Positions 1-9,517 of a DNA stretch of 64,000 bases are shown here, one piece after another. Under the pieces are notes generated by a model that did not search any database, was not told the DNA's origin, and saw nothing but the letters and a program-made list of their open reading frames with translations. The stretch comes from Paramoeba atlantica (lineage: Eukaryota > Protista > Discosea): NCBI GenBank assembly GCA_977017575.1, contig CDRNVI010000011.1, positions 1-64,000 of the forward strand, read 5' to 3'. The position numbers and the translations under genes were made by a program. Every line of letters starts with the position of its first letter. The stretch's first letter is position 1.

Positions 1-343
1 ATGGGGATGTAAAGGCACCTATGCCATATCGATACTCCACAGAGTATCGACCGTTCAGCGACCAGGCACTTTCCTCCAAGTTTCCCTGCTTTCTCAGGGG
101 AGGCGACATCATTGAACAAGGGTAACCGCCTGTTTTACATACATTCATACATACAAAGGCATCTATGCGCCCTGTATTATAAAGCCGTACGTAAAAATCA
201 CAGCGTCCCGAGGACTCAATGCCGATTCGAAACGCAACTAGGCCCTTGAGGTGAGAGAGGCAAAGACGACATTGAAGAAAATCTCGTGAAACGTCGTGAA
301 AGGTCGTCGAAACCTCACCACCTGATTCCTCTTGCATTTAAAA

Positions 344-462
344 AGAGTACAACACTCAGGGTTCCCGAGCGATCGCTCACCTCAGTACTAACTGAGCCTG
401 ACGGTGCTTAACTTCACAAAGCGAACGGGATGTGGTGTTTTCACCGTAGTATGGTCGTACCC
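344..462 (-). rRNA. 5S: 5S rRNA (kinetoplastid type)
   Basis: Reverse complement GGGTACGACCATAC...GTGAAGTTAAGC...GTTAGTAC...GTGTTGTACTCT, 119 nt, followed by a T-run terminator on the minus strand. Confidence 0.97.
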
Positions 463-596
463 GGCGTAACTTGTGAAATCCCCACTATGAAAGAAATATT
501 TTCCACGACAATCTGCCTCATCCTGAGTGTCCCACAGAGGCGCTACTCACCATGTTTACGCTAGCGCAGTGGCTTCCGGGGTTTTTATCATTCGAA

Positions 597-680
597 AAGG
601 TCACACGGGCTGAGGATCGAACCTCCGTGCAAGTGTTTTGACATTCAGCACATGGCTACAGTTTGCCACGTGTTGCGAAA
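597..680 (-). promoter_or_regulatory. Degenerate tRNA-like element 1 (B box, weak A box); copies at about 3239-3322 and 6132-6215
   Basis: Minus strand GGAGGTTCGATCCTC (T-arm/B box), upstream TGGCAAACTG, downstream TTTT; no complete cloverleaf. Confidence 0.5.
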
Positions 681-682
681 AT

Positions 683-757
683 TGACGGGGCGGGAATCGA
701 ACCAGGAGTTTGGTTCGTCAGTCTCAGAAAAGCACGCCCTGCCACTAGACAAGTTTC
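683..757 (-). promoter_or_regulatory. Degenerate tRNA-like element 2 with A box and perfect B box, divergent from the SL RNA gene; copies at about 3325-3399, 3622-3696, 6218-6292, 6515-6589
   Basis: Minus strand TTGTCTAGTGGCAGG (A box/D-arm-like) and GGTTCGATTCC (B box); acceptor and anticodon stems do not pair. Confidence 0.65.
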
Positions 758-851
758 CAGGTTGCATTTTGGGCTAAGACTCGTGGAACAACAAGTTCAT
801 CAGTTTGACAAAAGCGAACAATGAGCTCTGGTGGTTGGTAAAGCCCTTGTT

Positions 852-970
852 AACTTTAACGATAAAGATACAGTTTCTGTACCTTGTTGGTATGAGAAGC
901 TTCGAACTCTAAGTTCGCTTGAAGGCCCCGGTTCCCGAGAAGGGGACTGGGGCTTATTTGCGCTACAATA
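852..970 (+). ncRNA. SL RNA: Spliced-leader (mini-exon) RNA gene; exon 852-889, GT donor at 890; 3' end approximate
   Basis: AACTTTAACGATAAAGATACAGTTTCTGTACCTTGTTG|GTATGAGAAGCTTC matches the kinetoplastid SL core GATACAGTTTCTGTAC..TTG|GTATGAGAAGCTTC; two downstream stem-loops. Confidence 0.93.
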
Positions 971-1542
971 ACTCTGTCACCAGGCAGTCTGACTCGCAAA
1001 ATCGGACTCCACCGATAAATAGGCAGGATGGCATGTTCATTAACGTCTGAAAATCTGCGGCACCGCAATTTAAATCTGCACCCATCCTAACACATCACAC
1101 AATATATCAACCAATCTTCTCGGTCATCCGCAATCCCGGTCAATGCCTCCTACAAAGATCTCAACGACACCTATAATCAGGCCAGCAATCGTGGAAAATT
1201 TGTGCAAATCCAATATATGCATGAACACCCTCACGGGTGGACCTTCTTTATCATACGCTCATTGGCGCAGAGATATTCCCCTTAATGCGACGGTCGATAT
1301 CATCGGCACATGATCCGCCCACAACGGATGTCGCACCAAGGGGCATTTGGAACGATAACACGAGGCAGAGTCACGCACAGCGGTACTCAAGGGGAAGTCT
1401 CAAGGGAAAAAAGCTCACTCAAAGAGTGAGCCGGGGAGGGGTAATGGGAAGCGCGTCCCCTGCTTCACCGAAGAAAGAGGGGCAGTTTCGCCCTTACTGC
1501 CGGCCGGCAACGGGCATGTAACAGTAAGACTCTTCCCGGTGC

Positions 1543-1696
<154 letters not shown>

Positions 1697-1772
1697 TACG
1701 GAACGTAAAAAATAGGTAGCCTCAATTGTGGTCCCGGTGAGGCCCCGGAGTTGCGAGAAGCCTCCATACCCC

Positions 1773-1850
1773 ACAACTACCACCTTCCCCCCCTATTTAG
1801 CGGGGGTCGCGCAAGCGACCCCTGATAAATGGGGGGAAGGTGGTAGTTGT
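1773..1850 (+). other. Long hairpin / inverted repeat with GCAA tetraloop
   Basis: ACAACTACCACCTTCCCCCC pairs perfectly with GGGGGGAAGGTGGTAGTTGT; inner stem GGGGGTCGC-GCAA-GCGACCCCT. Confidence 0.85.
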
Positions 1851-2170
1851 TTTGGGGGAAATGAGAGGCCGAACGCACGGAGGGGCCGGCCGGGCCATTG
1901 AGTCACGTCAAAGTGTGACGCTGAGTTCGTGGGAAGCAATTTGCGAAGCCCTAGGCGATGCTCAGTTGTATTGGGCGACACCGAGACAAACCACGGAAAT
2001 CCCAGATACGACAAGGTCTAGATATCATAAAGAGAGAAAAAACCGGAGCTGTAGACGCGAAAAAGAATGACAGAGATATAACAATGCGATATGCGACCGA
2101 TGAGTTGAGTCGATGCGTGTGCTGACTCTACCTTCCACCGTCATTCACAGAAAATTAACAAAAAATGTAT

Positions 2171-2377
2171 TATGACAGATAAGGGTGCAGTATGACAGAT
2201 AAGGGTGCGGCTTATATGACAGATAAGGGTGCAGTATGACAGATAAGGGTGCATTATGACAGATAAGGGTGCAGTATGACAGATAAGGGTGCATTATGAC
2301 AGATAAGGGTGCAGTATGACAGATAAGGGTGCATTATGACAGATAAGGGTGCGAGTTTCTATGACAGATAAGGGTGC
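2171..2377. repeat. 20-bp minisatellite TATGACAGATAAGGGTGCA(G/T), about 10 copies
   Basis: Directly abutting tandem copies without unique spacers. Confidence 0.97.
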
Positions 2378-2985
2378 GGGTGCCCCGGCTTCGAATACGC
2401 GGAACGCTTCTGACCACACCTTTGTCTGCGGGGGAAAACCTCCGAATGCGTTGTGGGTCGATCAGTAAACGGAAATCTTCCTTAGATGGGAGCTTACGTG
2501 TGTTAGGCTATCTGTTCGATACACCGCAGCAGCAAGGTGACACCTCTCGATGCCAGAGGATTCCGCTTCCTTGGTTTGCAGACGTTACATCCATCCCACC
2601 ACCTGCTCCAGTAGCGTGGCACCGCACTTCCTGACGGGGAGTATGGGGATGTAAAGGCACCTATGCCATATCGATACTCCACAGAGTATCGACCGTTCAG
2701 CGACCAGGCACTTTCCTCCAAGTTTCCCTGCTTTCTCAGGGGAGGCGACATCATTGAACAAGGGTAACCGCCTGTTTTACATACATTCATACATACAAAG
2801 GCATCTATGCGCCCTGTATTATAAAGCCGTACGTAAAAATCACAGCGTCCCGAGGACTCAATGCCGATTCGAAACGCAACTAGGCCCTTGAGGTGAGAGA
2901 GGCAAAGACGACATTGAAGAAAATCTCGTGAAACGTCGTGAAAGGTCGTCGAAACCTCACCACCTGATTCCTCTTGCATTTAAAA

Positions 2986-3104
2986 AGAGTACAACACTCA
3001 GGGTTCCCGAGCGATCGCTCACCTCAGTACTAACTGAGCCTGACGGTGCTTAACTTCACAAAGCGAACGGGATGTGGTGTTTTCACCGTAGTATGGTCGT
3101 ACCC
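2986..3104 (-). rRNA. 5S: 5S rRNA, copy 2
   Basis: Same sequence as 344-462. Confidence 0.97.
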
Positions 3105-3493
3105 GGCGTAACTTGTGAAATCCCCACTATGAAAGAAATATTTTCCACGACAATCTGCCTCATCCTGAGTGTCCCACAGAGGCGCTACTCACCATGTTTA
3201 CGCTAGCGCAGTGGCTTCCGGGGTTTTTATCATTCGAAAAGGTCACACGGGCTGAGGATCGAACCTCCGTGCAAGTGTTTTGACATTCAGCACATGGCTA
3301 CAGTTTGCCACGTGTTGCGAAAATTGACGGGGCGGGAATCGAACCAGGAGTTTGGTTCGTCAGTCTCAGAAAAGCACGCCCTGCCACTAGACAAGTTTCC
3401 AGGTTGCATTTTGGGCTAAGACTCGTGGAACAACAAGTTCATCAGTTTGACAAAAGCGAACAATGAGCTCTGGTGGTTGGTAAAGCCCTTGTT

Positions 3494-3612
3494 AACTTTA
3501 ACGATAAAGATACAGTTTCTGTACCTTGTTGGTATGAGAAGCTTCGAACTCTAAGTTCGCTTGAAGGCCCCGGTTCCCGAGAAGGGAACTGGGGCTTATT
3601 TGCGTTACAATA
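3494..3612 (+). ncRNA. SL RNA: SL RNA gene, unit 2 first copy (exon 3494-3531)
   Basis: Exon as at 852; first half of a 297-bp tandem duplication (3317-3613 / 3614-3910). Confidence 0.92.
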
Positions 3613-3790
3613 AGCGAAAATTGACGGGGCGGGAATCGAACCAGGAGTTTGGTTCGTCAGTCTCAGAAAAGCACGCCCTGCCACTAGACAAGTTTCCAGG
3701 TTGCATTTTGGGCTAAGACTCGTGGAACAACAAGTTCATCAGTTTGACAAAAGCGAACAATGAGCTCTGGTGGTTGGTAAAGCCCTTGTT

Positions 3791-3909
3791 AACTTTAACG
3801 ATAAAGATACAGTTTCTGTCCCTTGTTGGTATGAGAAGCTTCGAACTCTAAGTTCGCTTGAAGGCCCCGGTTCCCGAGAAGGGAACTGGGGCTTATTTGC
3901 GTTACAATA
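3791..3909 (+). ncRNA. SL RNA: SL RNA gene, unit 2 second copy, variant exon (CTGTCCC instead of CTGTACC)
   Basis: Exon 3791-3828 with an A>C change in the conserved core. Confidence 0.85.
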
Positions 3910-4481
3910 ACTCTGTCACCAGGCAGTCTGACTCGCAAAATCGGACTCCACCGATAAATAGGCAGGATGGCATGTTCATTAACGTCTGAAAATCTGCGGC
4001 ACCGCAATTTAAATCTGCACCCATCCTAACACATCACACAATATATCAACTAATCTTCTCGGTCATCCGCAATCCCGGTCAATGCCTCCTACAAAGATCT
4101 CAACGACACCTATAATCAGGCCAGCAATCGTGGAAAATTTGTGCAAATCCAATATATGCATGAACACCCTCACGGGTGGACCTTGTTTATCATACGCTCA
4201 TTGGCGCAGAGATATTCCCCTTAATGCGACGGTCGATATCATCGGCACATGATCCGCCCACAACGGATGTCGCACCAAGGGGCATTTGGAACGATAACAC
4301 GAGGCAGAGTCACGCACAGCGGTACTCAAGGGGAAGTCTCAAGGGAAAAAAGCTCACTCAAAGAGTGAGCCGGGGAGGGGTAATGGGAAGCGCGTCCCCT
4401 GCTTCACCGAAGAAAGAGGGGCAGTTTCGCCCTTACTGCCGGCCGGCAACGGGCATGTAACAGTAAAACTCTTCCCGGTGC

Positions 4482-4589
<108 letters not shown>

Positions 4590-4665
4590 TACGGAACGTA
4601 AAAAATAGGTAGCCTCAATTGTGGTCCCGGTGAGGCCCCGGAGTTGCGAGAAGCCTCCATACCCC

Positions 4666-4743
4666 ACAACTACCACCTTCCCCCCCTATTTAGCGGGGGT
4701 CGCGCAAGCGACCCCTGATAAATGTGGGGAAGGTGGTAGTTGT
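4666..4743 (+). other. Long hairpin, copy 2 (one G>T mismatch)
   Basis: Same as 1773-1850 with GTGGGG in the right arm. Confidence 0.85.
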
Positions 4744-5063
4744 TTTGGGGGAAATGAGAGGCCGAACGCACGGAGGGGCCGGCCGGGCCATTGAGTCACG
4801 TCAAAGTGTGACGCTGTGTTCGTGGGAAGCAATTTGCGAAGCCCTAGGTGATGCTCAGTTGTATTGGGCGACACCGAGACAAACCACGGAAATCCCAGAT
4901 ACGACAAGGTCTAGATATCATAAAGAGAGAAAAAACCGGAGCTGTAGACGCGAAAAAGAATGACAGAGATATAACAATGCGATATGCGACCGATGAGTTG
5001 AGTCGATGCGTGTGCTGACTCTACCTTCCACCGTCATTCACAGAAAATTAACAAAAAATGTAT

Positions 5064-5270
5064 TATGACAGATAAGGGTGCAGTATGACAGATAAGGGTG
5101 CGGCTTATATGACAGATAAGGGTGCAGTATGACAGATAAGGGTGCATTATGACAGATAAGGGTGCAGTATGACAGATAAGGGTGCAGTATGACAGATAAG
5201 GGTGCAGTATGACAGATAAGGGTGCATTATGACAGATAAGGGTGCGAGTTTCTATGACAGATAAGGGTGC
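5064..5270. repeat. 20-bp minisatellite, copy 2
   Basis: TATGACAGATAAGGGTGCA(G/T) tandem copies. Confidence 0.97.
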
Positions 5271-5878
5271 GGGTGCCCCGGCTTCGAATACGCGGAACGC
5301 TTCTGACCACACCTTTGTCTGCGGGGGAAAACCTCCGAATGCGTTGTGGGTCGATCAGTAAACGGAAATCTTCCTTAGATGGGAGCTTACGTGTGTTAGG
5401 CTATCTGTTCGATACACCGCAGCAGCAAGGTGACACCTCTCGATGCCAGAGGATTCCGCTTCCTTGGTTTGCAGACGTTACATCCATCCCACCACCTGCT
5501 CCAGTAGCGTGGCACCGCACTTCCTGACGGGGAGTATGGGGATGTAAAGGCACCTATGCCATATCGATACTCCACAGAGTATCGACCGTTCAGCGACCAG
5601 GCACTTTCCTCCAAGTTTCCCTGCTTTCTCAGGGGAGGCGACATCATTGAACAAGGGTAACCGCCTGTTTTACATACATTCATACATACAAAGGCATCTA
5701 TGCGCCCTGTATTATAAAGCCGTACGTAAAAATCACAGCGTCCCGAGGACTCAATGCCGATTCGAAACGCAACTAGGCCCTTGAGGTGAGAGAGGCAAAG
5801 ACGACATTGAAGAAAATCTCGTGAAACGTCGTGAAAGGTCGTCGAAACCTCACCACCTGATTCCTCTTGCATTTAAAA

Positions 5879-5997
5879 AGAGTACAACACTCAGGGTTCC
5901 CGAGCGATCGCTCACCTCAGTACTAACTGAGCCTGACGGTGCTTAACTTCACAAAGCGAACGGGATGTGGTGTTTTCACCGTAGTATGGTCGTACCC
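5879..5997 (-). rRNA. 5S: 5S rRNA, copy 3
   Basis: Same sequence as 344-462. Confidence 0.97.
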
Positions 5998-6386
5998 GGC
6001 GTAACTTGTGAAATCCCCACTATGAAAGAAATATTTTCCACGACAATCTGCCTCATCCTGAGTGTCCCACAGAGGCGCTACTCACCATGTTTACGCTAGC
6101 GCAGTGGCTTCCGGGGTTTTTATCATTCGAAAAGGTCACACGGGCTGAGGATCGAACCTCCGTGCAAGTGTTTTGACATTCAGCACATGGCTACAGTTTG
6201 CCACGTGTTGCGAAAATTGACGGGGCGGGAATCGAACCAGGAGTTTGGTTCGTCAGTCTCAGAAAAGCACGCCCTGCCACTAGACAAGTTTCCAGGTTGC
6301 ATTTTGGGCTAAGACTCGTGGAACAACAAGTTCATCAGTTTGACAAAAGCGAACAATGAGCTCTGGTGGTTGGTAAAGCCCTTGTT

Positions 6387-6505
6387 AACTTTAACGATAA
6401 AGATACAGTTTCTGTACCTTGTTGGTATGAGAAGCTTCGAACTCTAAGTTCGCTTGAAGGCCCCGGTTCCCGAGAAGGGAACTGGGGCTTATTTGCGTTA
6501 CAATA
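6387..6505 (+). ncRNA. SL RNA: SL RNA gene, unit 3 first copy (exon 6387-6424)
   Basis: Exon as at 852. Confidence 0.92.
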
Positions 6506-6683
6506 AGCGAAAATTGACGGGGCGGGAATCGAACCAGGAGTTTGGTTCGTCAGTCTCAGAAAAGCACGCCCTGCCACTAGACAAGTTTCCAGGTTGCATT
6601 TTGGGCTAAGACTCGTGGAACAACAAGTTCATCAGTTTGACAAAAGCGAACAATGAGCTCTGGTGGTTGGTAAAGCCCTTGTT

Positions 6684-6802
6684 AACTTTAACGATAAAGA
6701 TACAGTTTCTGTCCCTTGTTGGTATGAGAAGCTTCGAACTCTAAGTTCGCTTGAAGGCCCCGGTTCCCGAGAAGGGAACTGGGGCTTATTTGCGTTACAA
6801 TA
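6684..6802 (+). ncRNA. SL RNA: SL RNA gene, unit 3 second copy, variant exon
   Basis: Exon 6684-6721 with CTGTCCC. Confidence 0.85.
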
Positions 6803-7246
6803 ACTCTGTCACCAGGCAGTCTGACTCGCAAAATCGGACTCCACCGATAAATAGGCAGGATGGCATGTTCATTAACGTCTGAAAATCTGCGGCACCGCAA
6901 TTTAAATCTGCACCCATCCTAACACATCACACAATATATCAACTAATCTTCTCGGTCATCCGCAATCCCGGTCAATGCCTCCTACAAAGATCTCAACGAC
7001 ACCTATAATCAGGCCAGCAATCGTGGAAAATTTGTGCAAATCCAATATATGCATGAACACCCTCACGGGTGGACCTTGTTTATCATACGCTCATTGGCGC
7101 AGAGATATTCCCCTTAATGCGACGGTCGATATCATCGGCACATGATCCGCCCACAACGGATGTCGCACCAAGGGGCATTTGGAACGATAACACGAGGCAG
7201 AGTCACGCACAGCGGTACTCAAGGGGAAGTCTCAAGGGAAAAAAGC

Positions 7247-8387
7247 TCACTCAAAGAGTGAGCCGGGGAGGGGTAATGGGAAGTTCAATAATGGGAGTTC
7301 ATATATTGGATCTGACTCGAGGATTGTCTGTTGAAGAGAATCAGAAGAAGCCGTTATTTCCGCACAATTCTTATCATAAACAATGAAACGGTCTAAGTTA
7401 GTTTGTTTCAATTCTTCATCACTACGACCTCGCTTTTTTTGCATGAGAGGATTAGAGTAGCGGGAAGATTGTGCTTTATGCTCCTTTACTTTACATTCTA
7501 GAATTCGGACTCGTTCCGGTGTAAAAGGAGAATATTTACCTCCCCACTCTTGACGTAAATACACCTCCAGATTATGAATTATCAAACGATATGCAAAACT
7601 ATAGTACAAAAGAGAATCTGAAAATTTAGTCCAATTTCGGAATGCTAACCACCTGCCTGTGCAAGAGCGGCTGAAAATATTCTCGACACGAGCGCGAAAA
7701 TGAGATAAGGACTCATTGTACGCAAGTTTTACATCTGCTTCGCGAACGTAATCAGAAATAGGCTTGTTCGCCTGCAAAGAAGGCCATATATGCGTTTTGG
7801 CGTGTGGAGTTATGATTCTTTGACATTCGTAAAATCCTCCATCTGCCAAAGCTCTAATTCCGCGAGAAGAAACAAAGCGAAGTACACCACAATCCTGAAT
7901 GACAGAATCAGATGAAGCGCCACAATACAAGCCATCCCCAAAAAAACAAACGTACCCTGTCAACGTGCGCCCTACCATAGCTTTGAGTACGTGTTCCCCG
8001 GTACTTTGGGTTATAACACCCAGGTCTTGCATCCACATACATGTAGATGGGAACAGTGTCTATCAACACCTTTACATCCGGCGGCCAGAAACCAAAGGTT
8101 GTATTGTTCGGATGGTTTAACATCTCGTCGCTGGGGTTCAGAAGCCATTTCTCACTCAGCTTTGTGTAAAGTTCATAAAAAAAATTGGGAATTGTATCCT
8201 TACAGGATCGGATCGACCAACCCCTTTTTGACATAAACTTGGCGGCAGAAGACCATCTAGCACCGTTGTAGAACCACGTAAACGAGGCGTCTACTACATC
8301 GCGATCGAAACCGCATTGATAAATTAAATGGTGAAACGAAGCAAGTGTGAGCCCACAGTCAGTCAACTCCCCAAGGTTAGATGACAT
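7247..8387 (-). mobile_element. PIF/Harbinger/ISL2EU-type DDE transposase (DDE_Tnp_4-like), split by a +1 frameshift near 7996-7999; C-terminus runs into the SL/5S array
   Basis: Motifs LIDTVPI...YNPKY(R)/EHVLKAMVG...GASSD, LADGGF, IITPH, YNESLSHFRARVENIF, IIHNL; removing one G from a GGGG run joins the two ORFs. Confidence 0.8.
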
Positions 8388-8601
8388 TAAGACGTACTAG
8401 TCGTATTTGATAAAATTGCTAAATACCATTAAGTAGCAATGTTGCAACGTTAGTAGTTGATCTTTAATAGTTTAATATCATACATGTATATTTGTTGCGT
8501 ATGAGAAATAGAGTAATACAATTAACTTTGACTTGCACGAAATACTTTTACTTGAACTTTTACTTTACATGAGCCACTTTGGCCTGCATACTAAACACTT
8601 C

Positions 8602-9393
8602 TCATTCAATGATTTCAACGAGGTTCGGTTCTCGAGACCGCTTTACCTGAACAACAAAATTTGCCTTGATCGAAGCTACTCCGAGTTCCACAAGTTTTTC
8701 CCAGGTCTCTTCTGGATTCAGATCATCGACGTCGTAGTCAATGGAGCTCAGCTTTCCGAGGGAGCGTTTGCGGGTGCTTGCATGCGGGTTGGCAAAATGA
8801 ACCTTCTCTGTCAAGACCTTATAGAGTCTGTCGCGCTCGTCCTTACGTTGATCAATACTTGAGCGCGTGTAGGAGGCCCACATGTTCCGCAGAAGTATAC
8901 CAGTGGGGCGTACGTCTTTGGGATGTAATGCCACCTTGAAGTATTGAGTTGAAAGAAGACGTGCGGAGCGCATAAATTTTTCGTACTCGTCGTTTCGAGA
9001 GCAGGCATTTATTTGAACAAGAATTTGCACAATGTCTTTGGCGACAAGACGCCTCCCTAGGAAAGTGTGCTTAACGTACAAGCAACATACGTATTGCGCT
9101 TTGGCTGGATCCGTCCCACAGGAAACAAGTTTTTCTTTCTGTGATCGTGACATTTGCTCGAGGTCTTTCGACGAGGAGCAGCGAGGACATATTTTGGCCA
9201 GAATCGGCACGTTTGCATAATCGCAGTTGGCACATTGCTCTACTTCCACACTTGATTCAGTGTTACTCTGAATCGGTGTTTCGCAATACAAGCACCGTCG
9301 TGGAGAACATAGCGTGAACGGTGTAACCTTTTCACATTGAACGCAGAACAGAGCAGGGATAACGTCACCTCCAGCCCGAACGCTTTCAGCCAT
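8602..9393 (-). CDS. Hypothetical protein with N-terminal multiple zinc ribbons (263 aa)
   Basis: CVQC, CLYC, CANC, CPRC pairs; clean ATG-to-stop ORF. Confidence 0.65.
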   Translation of the reverse strand: MAESVRAGGDVIPALFCVQCEKVTPFTLCSPRRCLYCETPIQSNTESSVEVEQCANCDYANVPILAKICPRCSSSKDLEQMSRSQKEKLVSCGTDPAKAQYVCCLYVKHTFLGRRLVAKDIVQILVQINACSRNDEYEKFMRSARLLSTQYFKVALHPKDVRPTGILLRNMWASYTRSSIDQRKDERDRLYKVLTEKVHFANPHASTRKRSLGKLSSIDYDVDDLNPEETWEKLVELGVASIKANFVVQVKRSREPNLVEIIE

Positions 9394-9517
9394 GTCAATG
9401 TTTTGAAGAAATGAAACCTACTACCCTCATTTTTAAAATCTCAGTTTAAAACGCGCTTATAAACGAAGAAGCCATTCATACTCAGTAGAAACAATTTACA
9501 AACACCAATAAAAAAAA

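Noticed and set aside
597-757. Functional tRNA genes
   Set aside because: A/B boxes are present but acceptor and anticodon stems do not form; kept only as tRNA-like elements
1113-1123. AATCTTCTCGG resembling the U2 5' end or antisense U6 ACAGAGAAGAUUAG
   Set aside because: Match is only about 10 nt; the U2 branch-recognition and U6 flanking motifs are absent
2171-2377. CRISPR-like array
   Set aside because: Repeats abut with no unique spacers; eukaryotic context; no cas genes
2484-2497. AGATGGGAGCTTAC resembling RNase MRP CR-V
   Set aside because: No complementary CR-I (GAAAGUCCC-like) at a plausible distance
8602-9393. Fanzor/TnpB or HNH nuclease
   Set aside because: Zinc ribbons are N-terminal and no RuvC D-E-D or HNH motif is visible
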